Shown here in pieces: positions 19,561-30,071 of a DNA stretch of 64,000 nucleotides (position 1 is its first letter; every line of letters starts with the position of its first letter). Source of the stretch: an uncultured Methanomicrobiales archaeon. Lineage in GTDB: Archaea; Halobacteriota; Methanomicrobia; Methanomicrobiales; Methanospirillaceae. The notes under the pieces were generated by a model. It did not search any database. It saw only the letters and a program-made list of their open reading frames with translations, and was not told the DNA's origin. A program made the translations under genes and the position numbers. The DNA lies in assembly GCA_963697895.1 (NCBI GenBank), contig OY969100.1, positions 2,016,001 through 2,080,000 on the forward strand, given 5' to 3'.

Positions 19561-20361
19561 TCAGATCTTCTGATATAACTTTCCATATACCGTCTGTCCT
19601 TTTCTCTTGCGGTGACGTTCCCCGAGGTCTCCTTCGTAGAATGCAAATTTGGCCTTTTCGCCCTCGCACTCGAGGTCGACGTCTTCCACGTACCGGAATC
19701 CCGGCATCATCACGTCGATCGTGCCGAAGACGCAGATCTCACCCTCGACCATCTGGCCGCCGACCCGGCTCTTTGCGTTTCCCTTGATGACGATCTTTCC
19801 GCCTTCTGCATGAGTCCCGACATGGACATCAGCATTCCCGTCGATGACGATCTCGCCACCATTCATGAATGTGCCGATGTCGCTCCCGGCATTACCCTTC
19901 ACATGGATTTTTCCGCCCTGCATTCCGCGCCAGTCACCCCGGTACGCCGCCCCGAGGTAATTGCCTGCATCTCCATCGACGACAAGCTCTCCGCCCTTCA
20001 TGGCGATACCTGAAAAGGCATCGACATTTCCTTTCACATGGATTTTTCCGCCCTGCATCCAGCCGCCGACATACATATCCGCACTGCCTTCGATCTCGAT
20101 CTCTCCGGCGCTCATCTTCGTTCCGATGTATTTTAACCGCGAGAGATCTCCTTTGAGAACGATTTTTGTGTCAGCCGGAGTCGCCCCGGGTGCACCCGAA
20201 ATGTCGAAATACTCGCCGAGTGTCGAAGAGGTCCTGCCCTCATAGACCGGGAGGCTTGCGATCTCTGTCACCTTTTTACCGGCAAATGCATCGGGGGTGA
20301 TGCTGTCCACCTCCAGGTAGAGGCCGGGCTGGGTTTTCATTGTGAGTGTTACCGTTTCCAT
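19561..20361 (-). CDS. fwdC: Formylmethanofuran dehydrogenase subunit C
   Basis: Beta-helix repeats (M.GG.I.V.G.AG), GAAYRGDWRGMQGG. Confidence 0.96.
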   Translation of the reverse strand: METVTLTMKTQPGLYLEVDSITPDAFAGKKVTEIASLPVYEGRTSSTLGEYFDISGAPGATPADTKIVLKGDLSRLKYIGTKMSAGEIEIEGSADMYVGGWMQGGKIHVKGNVDAFSGIAMKGGELVVDGDAGNYLGAAYRGDWRGMQGGKIHVKGNAGSDIGTFMNGGEIVIDGNADVHVGTHAEGGKIVIKGNAKSRVGGQMVEGEICVFGTIDVMMPGFRYVEDVDLECEGEKAKFAFYEGDLGERHRKRKGQTVYGKLYQKI

Positions 20362-20373
20362 CTCCTCATCCCC

Positions 20374-22086
20374 TCAGTGGGTTGCATCCACCTCGATGAT
20401 TCTCGGGTTCGGTGCATAGTGGCTCTGGACTTCGTAGTTGCCCTGGTTCACGCTGTAGAATTTCAGGAACTTATCCTGGACATCCCGGACGACCTGCGGG
20501 TTGTCATTGACGGTTGGATTGACCCATATCGTCCGCTTGTTTCCGTTGCTGACAATCTCCCCGTCCTTAACGACAGGTACACCCGTCTTAAAGACATAAG
20601 CCGCAGCGCTGAATGCCTTCTCGATGGCATCCGGTGTAAATGGCTTCTCCGGGTTCAGGTCATAGAGCACGACGTCCGCATCCATCCCTGGCATCAGTCC
20701 GCCATAGATACTTCCGAGACCGAGCGACTTCGCAGGTCCTGCACGGGTCATCTGGGCGATCTCGTACAGACCGAGCTCACGGTCGATTCCGGCGATATTG
20801 CTTCCTGAAACGACCTTGTCGCTGTACTTGAAGGCATCGATCTGGGCCTTCCGGGCTTTCTCGCTCATGAGCCACTTGATAACCCGCGGGTACCGGATGA
20901 ACGGCCCGGCATTCGGGTGGTCGGTGGTGATAAACGTCCGCATCGGGTCTTTGGTGAGCAGCCCCAGCTCAAGCCCGATCGCCCACTGTATCCCGCACAC
21001 CTTTATGTCCGGGCTGTACACGTAGGGTACGATCCCGGCAGCGGTCTCGAGCTCGACATCCACGTTTGCCCATTTCAGGTGGTTCAGCTCGGTAAGGTGA
21101 TGTTCGAACGGTCCGTCGGCGGTCATTGTCGTCGTCTCGTCGAGTGTCACGCAGCCGAGGTCGATCGTGAGATTTTTATTCTTATTGACGTAATCTATGA
21201 CCTCTGGTGCCTTCGACTCGAAATTTCCCCAGTTATCCCCACCGTAGGAGTGGAACTGGAGATGCGTGGAATGAAGGACCTGTTCACGTCCAAACTTGTT
21301 CTTCGGCTTTATTCCTTCGGCAAGCTTCAGGGTATCCAGGGTCACCTTGTAGTTGCCCGGGTCGCCCAGGCTGTTCTGGTGAACATGGACCGAATGGGGC
21401 AGACCGAGATACTCATTCGTCTCGATCAGTCCTTTGACGATCTGGGCAGGGGTAATATCGAAGTAAGGGACAGGATCGTCGATTGTGAGACAGTTGAGCC
21501 CCCAGCCCCACGCCTCCGTTCCACCGGGGTTCACGACCTTAATCGCGAATCCCTTGGTCACTTTCAGCAGCCATGCGGCATAGGCGGCCATGTTCTCGAT
21601 CTCGTCGTTCTTGAGATACTCGAGAACGAACCAGTTATTGCCAAAGACCGGGAATGCACCCTCGTCGATGATAGGGGTATCCTTGATCTCTTCATGGACA
21701 TGCCGTGCGTACAGCGGCGGCATCGCTGCTTCCATCGCGACGGTGTAACCCATCCGGGCATAATCATACCCGGTCTTGAATGTGGTTGGAATGGAGAATC
21801 CGCCGGCCATCCTGGTGGTCCCGGTCCCTTTCCGGTATGCCACCTGGAGTTTATCTTCGGGCCGGTAGTTTCTTCCTTCGTTGACTTTCGGACCCGCAAT
21901 ATGGGCATGGATCTCCACCGCACCAGCCATGACCGTCTTTCCTGCTGCATCGATCGTCTTTGCCTTGCCGGAAAGAGCGGAACTCTCTACGATTTTGCCA
22001 TCCTTTATGGCGATATCTTTCTTGTCACCCTTGATCCCTTGGACCGGATCAAAGACAAACCCGTTCTTGACGAGGTATTCCGACAT
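20374..22086 (-). CDS. fwdA: Formylmethanofuran dehydrogenase subunit A
   Basis: Amidohydrolase EIHAHIAG, KVVNPGG, TTDHPNAGPF. Confidence 0.97.
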   Translation of the reverse strand: MSEYLVKNGFVFDPVQGIKGDKKDIAIKDGKIVESSALSGKAKTIDAAGKTVMAGAVEIHAHIAGPKVNEGRNYRPEDKLQVAYRKGTGTTRMAGGFSIPTTFKTGYDYARMGYTVAMEAAMPPLYARHVHEEIKDTPIIDEGAFPVFGNNWFVLEYLKNDEIENMAAYAAWLLKVTKGFAIKVVNPGGTEAWGWGLNCLTIDDPVPYFDITPAQIVKGLIETNEYLGLPHSVHVHQNSLGDPGNYKVTLDTLKLAEGIKPKNKFGREQVLHSTHLQFHSYGGDNWGNFESKAPEVIDYVNKNKNLTIDLGCVTLDETTTMTADGPFEHHLTELNHLKWANVDVELETAAGIVPYVYSPDIKVCGIQWAIGLELGLLTKDPMRTFITTDHPNAGPFIRYPRVIKWLMSEKARKAQIDAFKYSDKVVSGSNIAGIDRELGLYEIAQMTRAGPAKSLGLGSIYGGLMPGMDADVVLYDLNPEKPFTPDAIEKAFSAAAYVFKTGVPVVKDGEIVSNGNKRTIWVNPTVNDNPQVVRDVQDKFLKFYSVNQGNYEVQSHYAPNPRIIEVDATH

Positions 22087-22088
22087 CC

Positions 22089-23402
22089 TTATACCCCCTG
22101 CATTGCGGTAACCCGGTCGCGGACACGGGTCAGGAACTCCACATCCGTAAGCATTCCTTCGGGCGGATCAACGACCTTGCGTGCCTCGATCGGCACATTA
22201 TCCATCCGATAGCAGTTGCCTCCGACCTCAACCCCGACAAATGCAACCGGTACATGCAGCTTTGACACTTCAGTGGTGGGCGTGATATGCGGATCGATAG
22301 CGACAGAGGGCAGCTTGGAGATCTGTTTTACCGAGCTGATCGGGAAGTGGGCACCGGGGTCGCTGCCGATCACGAAGACCGCGTCCACTTCGCCTCTCCG
22401 GAGGAGGTCATTGGAACTGCTGTCACCGGGGTTGTACCGGGCAAATCCCCGGGATAAATCCACACAGTACGGGAAGCCGAACTGCCAGCCGAGTACCTGG
22501 CCGGAACCGGTGACATTATAATGACCACGCATCGCAATGATGCTGAATTTTGTATATTCGTTCATATCCTTGGTAACCATGATCGCTTCATCGATGTTGT
22601 GATTTTTGCCAAGCGACTGTGTTACCCCCATCCCGAAGAAGATGACTCCGAACCGGCCGCTCTTGAGCATCTCCACGGCTTCGTATATCTTTTCCTTCGG
22701 AATGCCGGCTACTATATCAGGCAGGGTTTCGCCCCGGATTGCAACACGGAAGGCATCGAGAAGTTCATAGTCACGTCCCTGCTCTATCTGCAGGTGAATA
22801 TCCGCCATCTTTGCGGTATCTGTGTTTCTCGGGTCGACCACGACCAGTTTCCGGTTTTTATGTCCTTTGTTTACAAAGAAGCCCCGCGGGAAGATAGAAT
22901 ACCGGGCCATATGGCGCGGATGTGCATGAGTAGGGTTGGACCCCCAGAAAATGATGCGGTCAGCACGGTTTTTAACCTCTCCCAGTGTGCAGCTCGGGAT
23001 CCCCACGTCCTGAATTGCGAGCAGGGATGAGCCGTGACACACCGTCGCAGTGTTATCCACGACGGCCCCGACCTTCTCCGCGATCTCGTGACCGATACTC
23101 TGGGCATCGCAGCTCGTCGAGCTCCATCCATACATGAGCGGCTTTTTCGATTTTACCAGCATCTGTGCGGTATATTCGACCGCTTCATCATAGGATACTT
23201 CCTTGTACGAACCGTCCGGCTGCTGCATCCGGGGACGCGTAATCCGGTCAGTTGCCTGGGAATGAAGGAACTTCGACGCACCGATCACGCATGCATTATA
23301 GACATCTTCGATCTTTTTGCCGTCGTCGGAGACAACGATCTCCAGATCATCGCAAAGAGTCCCGCAGAACGGGCAAATTACATCGGGTACTGTCTTTGAC
23401 AT
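22089..23402 (-). CDS. fwdB: Formylmethanofuran dehydrogenase subunit B (Cys form)
   Basis: CPFCGTLCDD, TATVCHG, MRGHYNVTG. Confidence 0.97.
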   Translation of the reverse strand: MSKTVPDVICPFCGTLCDDLEIVVSDDGKKIEDVYNACVIGASKFLHSQATDRITRPRMQQPDGSYKEVSYDEAVEYTAQMLVKSKKPLMYGWSSTSCDAQSIGHEIAEKVGAVVDNTATVCHGSSLLAIQDVGIPSCTLGEVKNRADRIIFWGSNPTHAHPRHMARYSIFPRGFFVNKGHKNRKLVVVDPRNTDTAKMADIHLQIEQGRDYELLDAFRVAIRGETLPDIVAGIPKEKIYEAVEMLKSGRFGVIFFGMGVTQSLGKNHNIDEAIMVTKDMNEYTKFSIIAMRGHYNVTGSGQVLGWQFGFPYCVDLSRGFARYNPGDSSSNDLLRRGEVDAVFVIGSDPGAHFPISSVKQISKLPSVAIDPHITPTTEVSKLHVPVAFVGVEVGGNCYRMDNVPIEARKVVDPPEGMLTDVEFLTRVRDRVTAMQGV

Positions 23403-23803
23403 CAGATCTCACCTCTGCACTTCTTCTGGACCAGTTCTATGGAATTCAGCACGGGTTCATTCATTGCAACTTCCACCTCGATAGGAGTTCCCTTGAAGGT
23501 AGGCATACCGGTGGAATAGGTGTTCGGGTTGACGACCGAATTTGCCCAGGGCCCCATCGGGATGTAACCGAGGCCGGGATGCGGCCCCTGTGTCGTCTCG
23601 ATCGCCTTTACCACCACACTTCCGAACTCACTGGTAACCCGCACATTGGTATTGCGCCAGGCACCCAGTTTCCGGAAGTCTGCGATATCCAGCTCGATGA
23701 TGCCGCACGCTTTTCGATAGGCATCTTTCTCCTTACCGCCCTCCATGGCGACGCCCTGCTGGATCGAGCGCCCCGAAATAAGATTCAGCGAAATTTTAGC
23801 CAC
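23402..23803 (-). CDS. fwdD: Formylmethanofuran dehydrogenase subunit D
   Basis: SGRSIQQG, IPMGPWAN, TGMPTFKG; GTG start. Confidence 0.95.
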   Translation of the reverse strand: MAKISLNLISGRSIQQGVAMEGGKEKDAYRKACGIIELDIADFRKLGAWRNTNVRVTSEFGSVVVKAIETTQGPHPGLGYIPMGPWANSVVNPNTYSTGMPTFKGTPIEVEVAMNEPVLNSIELVQKKCRGEI

Positions 23804-23817
23804 GCTCCTTTCCTCCC

Positions 23818-24243
23818 TTATCTGGTCAGATCGGGGAGCGGGCTCGGGCCGAGATCGCGGACGGTCTTGATCACATCATCAACCACTTTTGCCCACTTCG
23901 CTCCCTCAGATGCCGATACGAATGTCATCCGGAGCCGCTTATCTTCAAGACCAATGTTCCTCAGGAGGCTCTTTAAGATGAACATCCGTTTTGCGGCTTT
24001 ATAGTTCCCTTCAAGATAATGACAGTCCCCGAAATGGCACCCGGAGACGAGAACACCATCTGCACCATCACTGAACGCCTTCAGGATGAAGAGCGGGTCG
24101 ACACGACCGGTGCACATGACACGGACGATCCGGATGTCCGGCTGATACTGGGTCCGGGCACTTCCGGCCAGGTCTGCACCGGCATAAGAGCACCAGTTGC
24201 AGACGATACCGAGGATTTTGGGTTTCCACTCTGGATCTGCCAT
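23818..24243 (-). CDS. mvhD: MvhD [2Fe-2S] subunit
   Basis: CNWCSYAGADLAG, RVMCTGRVD, GCHFGDCHY. Confidence 0.96.
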   Translation of the reverse strand: MADPEWKPKILGIVCNWCSYAGADLAGSARTQYQPDIRIVRVMCTGRVDPLFILKAFSDGADGVLVSGCHFGDCHYLEGNYKAAKRMFILKSLLRNIGLEDKRLRMTFVSASEGAKWAKVVDDVIKTVRDLGPSPLPDLTR

Positions 24244-26351
24244 TACTTCGCACCTCCCAGGAGGAAAGCGTCAATCTGTGCCACGATCTGCGGGGTTGCA
24301 AAGTGCTGCATCCATATTGCGCCACCCGGGCAGAATCCGCCGCAGGTACCACAGCCTTTGCATTTAGCCTCCGTGACCTGCATCACTTTTCGTCCGTCTT
24401 TCTCGACGAGGGAAAGCGCATTGTACGGGCAGAGGTTCACGCACATACCACATCCGGCACATTTCTCCTCCATACACTGGGCGAAGTAGGGTTCGAGCTC
24501 GACTTCCCCCCGCTGGATCGGGATACTTGCCGCCGATGCGGCTCCCTCCGCGGAGGCGACGGTATCGGGGATATCCTTCGGTCCCTGGCAGACACCGGCA
24601 AGGAATACTCCGGCCGTGGTTGTTCCGCAGGGGTTCAGCTTGGGGTGTGCCTCCATGAGCCATCCGTCCATGGAACAGGAGACCCCGAAGAGTTTCCTGG
24701 TCCGGTCCGTATCCGAGGAAGGCTGGACTGCGGCAGCAAGCACCACAAGGTCAGCATCGAGCCTCATCGGACGGTCGAGGAGCGTGTCGTCTGCGATGAC
24801 GGTGAGATTCTTGCTCTCTGCATCCTCGAGGATATTCGATACCCGGCCACGGATGAATTTCGCTCCTTCATCCTGGATCCGGTAATAGAACTCCTCGTAC
24901 ATCTTGCCGAATGACCGGATATCCATGTAGAATATATATGGTTGTACACCCGGGATCTTCTCGATGATCTGGTGTGCATGCTTCAGGGAATACATGCAGC
25001 AGAACCGGGAACAGTATGGTTTTCCGACTCCGGTGTTGTCACGGGACCCTGCACAGAGGATGAACGCGACCTTCTTCGGAGTCACCCCATCGCTCGGGCG
25101 GACCAGGTGGCCGCCGGTCGGTCCGGATGCACAAATGAGCCGCTCGAATTCAAGGCTCGAGATCACATTATCGAACTTCTTGTACCCCCATTCATCCTTC
25201 TTCTCGATGGGGAAGATGTCATAGCCGAGTGCCAGGATGGCGGTCCCGACCTTGACTTTAACGAACGAATCCTCCTGCTCGAGTTCGATTGCCTTCTTGT
25301 CGCCGCAGGCGGTGACACAAAGGCCGCACTTTATACAGGAGTCCTTGTCGACGGTATAAATGAGCGGGACAACCTGTGGGTGGTTGATATAAATCGCCTT
25401 CCGCGGCTTCATCCCCATCTCAAACTCGTTCGGCTGGATCACCGGACATACCGGGTCACAGTCACCGCAGCCGTTGCAGCCACCTCCAACGATGCCCTTA
25501 GCTTCCGCCTCTGCCGGGGTGAGCACACCGCGGGCTTTCTTCCGGAGTGTCACATCGAAATTACCGATATACCCCTCCACAGAGTCTACCTCGGTATAGG
25601 TCATGAGCTCGATGTTTTCCGACCTTCCGACATCCACCATCTTCGGGGTGAGGATACACTGGGAACAGTCCAGGGTCGGGAAAGTCTTGTCCAGCTGGGA
25701 CATGCGTCCGCCGATCGTCGGGCTCTTTTCGATCAGATAGGTCTTGATGCCTGCATTTGCAAGATCGAGTGCCGCCTGCATACCGGCGATACCTGCACCG
25801 ACCACCATTGCCGCCCGTTCTACGGGGACAGCCTTCGGAATCAGGTCCTCAAGCAGGGAGGCCTTGGCAACCGCAATCCTTACGGCGTCCTTTGCCTTAT
25901 CTGTGGCGCCCTCGCGGTCATGCATATGTACCCAGGCGTTCTGCTCACGGATATTGGCCATCTCAAAGCGGAAAGGGTTGATACCTCCTTCCTTGGTTGC
26001 GGTCCTGAATGTCGGTTCATGGAGCCGGGGAGAACATGCCGCAACAACCGTGCCAGTGAGGTTATGTTCCTTTATTGCGTCCTCGATGATCTTCTGACCG
26101 GGGGTCGAACAGACATACTGGTAATTTGCCACGAAGGCTACATTCGGGAGTGTCTTCGCATAATCCTGGACAGCATTGATGTCGATCGAACCCGCGATGT
26201 TCGTTCCACAGTGACAGATGAAGACACCGATCCGCGCCTCTTTCGTATCCGGAGACCGCTTTATTGCCGGTGCCGCTTTCGCTTTCACTTCCGCCTTTTG
26301 TTCCTTCTTCGATGCAGTTGATTCTTTCTTTGATTTTTTCGCTTCGGCCAT
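24243..26351 (-). CDS. hdrA: Heterodisulfide reductase subunit A
   Basis: RIGVFICHCGTNI, ACSPRLHE, DKTFPTLDCSQCIL, YCSRFCCMY; start after GGAGGAG RBS. Confidence 0.97.
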   Translation of the reverse strand: MAEAKKSKKESTASKKEQKAEVKAKAAPAIKRSPDTKEARIGVFICHCGTNIAGSIDINAVQDYAKTLPNVAFVANYQYVCSTPGQKIIEDAIKEHNLTGTVVAACSPRLHEPTFRTATKEGGINPFRFEMANIREQNAWVHMHDREGATDKAKDAVRIAVAKASLLEDLIPKAVPVERAAMVVGAGIAGMQAALDLANAGIKTYLIEKSPTIGGRMSQLDKTFPTLDCSQCILTPKMVDVGRSENIELMTYTEVDSVEGYIGNFDVTLRKKARGVLTPAEAEAKGIVGGGCNGCGDCDPVCPVIQPNEFEMGMKPRKAIYINHPQVVPLIYTVDKDSCIKCGLCVTACGDKKAIELEQEDSFVKVKVGTAILALGYDIFPIEKKDEWGYKKFDNVISSLEFERLICASGPTGGHLVRPSDGVTPKKVAFILCAGSRDNTGVGKPYCSRFCCMYSLKHAHQIIEKIPGVQPYIFYMDIRSFGKMYEEFYYRIQDEGAKFIRGRVSNILEDAESKNLTVIADDTLLDRPMRLDADLVVLAAAVQPSSDTDRTRKLFGVSCSMDGWLMEAHPKLNPCGTTTAGVFLAGVCQGPKDIPDTVASAEGAASAASIPIQRGEVELEPYFAQCMEEKCAGCGMCVNLCPYNALSLVEKDGRKVMQVTEAKCKGCGTCGGFCPGGAIWMQHFATPQIVAQIDAFLLGGAK

Positions 26352-26365
26352 TTTCGTCTCCTCCA

Positions 26366-27256
26366 TCACAGGATCTTCTGCAGGAACGGCTCGCAGCTGA
26401 TCGCATGGAGATCCAGTGCAAGTTCCTGCGGGGTCATTCCCTGGGCGAGCCCGAGCAGTTCATTGTAGTGCAGGACGGGAAGGTCATAGCTCACGCCAAA
26501 CTTTTCCTTTATTTCAATCTGTCCGCGGTCGAACTGAAGCTGACAGAACGGACAGATATCAGTGAGTGCATCGATGCCCATCTTGGACAGCGTGATCAGT
26601 TTCTCGTTGGCAATATCGAGTGCGTGAACAATATCATAACCGCGGACACCACCACCGGCGCCACAACAGAGCATCTTGTTCCGGTATTCCACCGGCTCTG
26701 CGCCGAGGGCCGCGACCATCTCTTCGATCCAGACCGGGTGCTCTGTGGTTCCGAAGTGACGCTCTTTCCGGGGTTTCATCAGGTGGCAGCCATAATGCAC
26801 CGCGATTCGGGTGCCCGTGAGCGGGTTCGTCACACTGTCCCGGATCTTTTTAACACCGACGATCTTCGGGTCGTATAAGAGTTCTGCAAGGTGGTAGACC
26901 TCAATGGAGCCCTTATATTCCATATCGATCTCTTTCAGTACCTCATTGACCCCGTCACGAAGCTCTTCGTTGTGCTTGAGTTTATGGTTCACTTCCCAGA
27001 TGGACTTATAGCAGCCATTGCAGATCAGAGCGATATCCTTCTTCATCTGTTCCGCAAGCACGATATTCCGGGCAGCCATCGCATACCATACATTCAGGTC
27101 AATCGATCCAAACGCACCTGGTGCGGGGCAGCAGCTGGCGCCCTCGAGGTCCAATAATTTGATCCCGAGCTTCTCCGAGGTCCGGTACGATGCCGCTTCG
27201 GAGCCGGGGTACCGGTTGGGTGCGATGCATCCGAGATAAAACGCGTATTCGTGCAT
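26366..27256 (-). CDS. hdrB: Heterodisulfide reductase subunit B
   Basis: YLGCIAPNRYPG, CCPAPG, HYGCH, CCGAGGGVR, CPFCQLQFD. Confidence 0.97.
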   Translation of the reverse strand: MHEYAFYLGCIAPNRYPGSEAASYRTSEKLGIKLLDLEGASCCPAPGAFGSIDLNVWYAMAARNIVLAEQMKKDIALICNGCYKSIWEVNHKLKHNEELRDGVNEVLKEIDMEYKGSIEVYHLAELLYDPKIVGVKKIRDSVTNPLTGTRIAVHYGCHLMKPRKERHFGTTEHPVWIEEMVAALGAEPVEYRNKMLCCGAGGGVRGYDIVHALDIANEKLITLSKMGIDALTDICPFCQLQFDRGQIEIKEKFGVSYDLPVLHYNELLGLAQGMTPQELALDLHAISCEPFLQKIL

Positions 27257-27262
27257 CAGCAT

Positions 27263-27844
27263 TCACCCCTCTCGTTCCTTAACAATTCTGTCTGCATTCT
27301 TCTTCAGCTCGAAATGATCAAGGATCTTCTGGATACCCTTGATATAATCGGGTCTCCCGTGTGTTGTCGGGGGGTCTGCGGGAAGACCGAGTTTCACGCG
27401 TGCCGCCCTGTTGACATCATTGTTCGGCACGCCATGGCCCGTGGTATAAATCGCCTGTACCGTCTTCAAGAAATTGACCGGTATGATATCGCGCTTGAAT
27501 GCGAGATTCCTCATGGCCATGATCACATCGGTTGGTGCGATATCCCTCGGGCACCGGTCTGTACAGCTGTAACAGGTTGTGCAGAGCCAGAGGTCCGGGT
27601 CAACAAGTGCTTCATTTTCGAGCCCGAGCAATGCTCTCCGGACAAACTTACGGATTCTATAGGAGCTTCGGGGTGCAGAAGGACATGATGCGGTACAGGT
27701 CCCGCACTGGTAGCACATGTGTGGAATGGTCATCGAGATCTTTTCCACGGTCTTCGTGAACGCGGGGTTCGAGTCCTCATCGTATAAATTGCGGTCCTTC
27801 AGTTTGTTTTCGAGTGCTTCAGGGTAACCTTTGGTTTTTGCCAT
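27263..27844 (-). CDS. hdrC: Heterodisulfide reductase subunit C
   Basis: CYQCGTCTASCP, WLCTTCYSCTDRCPR. Confidence 0.96.
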   Translation of the reverse strand: MAKTKGYPEALENKLKDRNLYDEDSNPAFTKTVEKISMTIPHMCYQCGTCTASCPSAPRSSYRIRKFVRRALLGLENEALVDPDLWLCTTCYSCTDRCPRDIAPTDVIMAMRNLAFKRDIIPVNFLKTVQAIYTTGHGVPNNDVNRAARVKLGLPADPPTTHGRPDYIKGIQKILDHFELKKNADRIVKEREG

Positions 27845-27854
27845 GTCTCATTCC

Positions 27855-29018
27855 TCACGCCTTCTCCGTAACCTTGAGTTGCACCTCTCCCGGCGTCTCT
27901 TCTTTCACCTTGGAAGTCCGGGGTGTGCAGAGCTTCTCTTTGATCTTATTGTACAGATCCGTCTCTTTACCGGTGATTCGAATGCCTGTCCGGTGAAGGA
28001 GAATGATATCCTCACCTGGACATGCATTCACGCACGCACCACAAAGAATACAGAGATCTTTGTTCACCGCAATGGTCGGCTCTATCTGGCCTTTCATCTC
28101 GGCTGCCGGTTTGGAGCTCGGGAGGTAAATGGCATTTGCAGGACAGATCTCTACGCAGGTGGAACAGCCACCGGGGCATTTTTCCGCATGGAATTCGATA
28201 TCGCCCTCAAAGATCTTTTCAACGGTGATCGCCTCGGTCGGGCAGTTCCGGGAGCACCAGGTGCAGGTACAACAGAGATCCTTGTCGATGTCGACTTTAC
28301 CGGGCATCTTGTCGCTCTCGATCTGCCGTTCGACGGTGATACATTCCTCCGGGCACATCTCGACACAGACCATGCATGCATCGCATTTGCTCTCATCCCA
28401 GACGACTTCTCCCTGAATATTTCCGGATTCGGCTGTGAACTCCTTGTGTTTCACATCGATCGCCGGGCAGAGTGCTCCACAGATCCCGCAGAGCGTGCAT
28501 TTCTCCATATCCACCTTGAATGTGGTTTTGCTGGTCAGTGCCGTCTGCCGGTCCTTGGCGCCTTCAGCAGCGCCTTCGAACTCGGGGACATTTCTGATGA
28601 TCGCATCACGCGGGCAGACCTCGTCACAGATGGTGCATTTCACGCATTTTTCGTCGCTGATTTCTGCAACGATATTGTACTGTGGGAATCCCTCCTTCTC
28701 GATAATGGGAAGGCGTTCCTCGTTATCCACTTTGAGCGTCAGTGCATTGAACGGGCACATGATTACACAGACGCCACAGTAAACGCATTTTGTCTCATCG
28801 ATATCGACCGGAGCCGCATATTCGACCACTCCCCGCTTGGTTGCCCCGACGAGCCCGAGGGCAATCGCATCTTCAGGGCATGCCTCAACGCAGACCCCGC
28901 ACCCCGTGCATACCTCTGCGTTCAGAATCAGGTCTGAAACTTGCTGGAGAAGCCGCTGCTCTCCGGTAACATTCACACCTTCCCGTTTCTTGGAATATTT
29001 AGGATAAATCGTTGTCAT
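27855..29018 (-). CDS. fwdF: Polyferredoxin FwdF
   Basis: Eight [4Fe-4S] ferredoxin motifs; position in the fwd/hdr operon. Confidence 0.92.
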   Translation of the reverse strand: MTTIYPKYSKKREGVNVTGEQRLLQQVSDLILNAEVCTGCGVCVEACPEDAIALGLVGATKRGVVEYAAPVDIDETKCVYCGVCVIMCPFNALTLKVDNEERLPIIEKEGFPQYNIVAEISDEKCVKCTICDEVCPRDAIIRNVPEFEGAAEGAKDRQTALTSKTTFKVDMEKCTLCGICGALCPAIDVKHKEFTAESGNIQGEVVWDESKCDACMVCVEMCPEECITVERQIESDKMPGKVDIDKDLCCTCTWCSRNCPTEAITVEKIFEGDIEFHAEKCPGGCSTCVEICPANAIYLPSSKPAAEMKGQIEPTIAVNKDLCILCGACVNACPGEDIILLHRTGIRITGKETDLYNKIKEKLCTPRTSKVKEETPGEVQLKVTEKA

Positions 29019-29050
29019 GCAGGTACCTCACATTCCTTCACGCTCATTCA

Positions 29051-29314
29051 TCACACCTTTGCCTCTGACATCACGGAACCACGACCTTCCAGCCGGATGA
29101 CATCATGTGGACATGCTTCGACGCATACACCGCACCCCGCGCAGAGCTCTGACTTGAAATCAATCACCATGGATTTTCCATGGCGTACCTTGTAGATCTT
29201 CTCATTTGTGACAGGATCTATGGTATAGAGTTCAAGCGCATCGACAGGACATGCGACCACACAATTACCGCAGCCAGTACAACGTTCCATGTTTACGTGC
29301 ACTGCAAATGCCAT
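29051..29314 (-). CDS. fwdG: 2x[4Fe-4S] ferredoxin FwdG
   Basis: CTGCGNCVVACP and CAGCGVCVEACP. Confidence 0.88.
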   Translation of the reverse strand: MAFAVHVNMERCTGCGNCVVACPVDALELYTIDPVTNEKIYKVRHGKSMVIDFKSELCAGCGVCVEACPHDVIRLEGRGSVMSEAKV

Positions 29315-30071
29315 GTTTTTATCACGCACCAGATTGGATCGATTAAAAAATCGACTAAAGAAGAATGGTTAACTAATGTAGATAAACTCTTCTGATTTCT
29401 CCCTGTTATGACGGCAATTTGGGCGGGTATGATTAATTATTTGTTTTTATTTAGTAAATAAGTTAACTGAAATACCATAAAATACGCCGGAGACCCCTGC
29501 GTTCATCAGGTGCTTTCATTCATTTCAGTCATAGAATAAAAATCTGTTGGTCTTTTCCTTCTTTTTGTAAAGGAGGGTTATATAGTTGTCTTTTGTGAAA
29601 TTATTACGTAATATCTAGGTACTCGGGAAAAAAATCGGGAAATCTTTTAGATTATTTTCGTCATTCCTGAATCCTGTCGTCCCTTCATTTCCCTATTCTA
29701 ATCCCCGTTTTTATCCGCGTATGGTTAATGCTTTGATATTGACATAACTGGATTCTCACTCGGGAGACGGGTAGATTAACGGTACGATTTCTGGTTCGAT
29801 TCCGGATCGGGTTGAATTCCGCGGTCTCATTCCGGAAAAACTGCAATTGGTTTTCGGCAAAACCGGGATAGGGGTATGATCCTGTTATTGATCCACACCC
29901 CGGATATTTCTGCAAAGAATATGGAGAACCGGGATTCGTCAGGGGATTTTCGGGTTTTCACTTTTTTTTATTTTCTCGGGTTTGATCCATCCGGAGTCCG
30001 CTAGGAGAATCGCAATAAGAAAAAGTTATTTTCATCGCTTACCGTACCTCCTGATGAAACGAGGTTGTGAA

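Noticed and set aside
22089-26351. Possible selenocysteine recoding in FwdB, MvhD or HdrA
   Set aside because: All three frames are open, with Cys at the motif positions checked; no in-frame TGA.
14667-28937. Long antisense ORFs (e.g. 17772-18944, 20917-22212, 24942-26321, 27831-28937)
   Set aside because: Shadows of highly codon-biased mcr/fwd/hdr genes; no recognisable motifs.
29790-29806. T-arm-like TCTGG-TTCGATT-CCGGA in the fwdG-ftr intergenic region
   Set aside because: No acceptor or anticodon stems can be built around it; likely chance.
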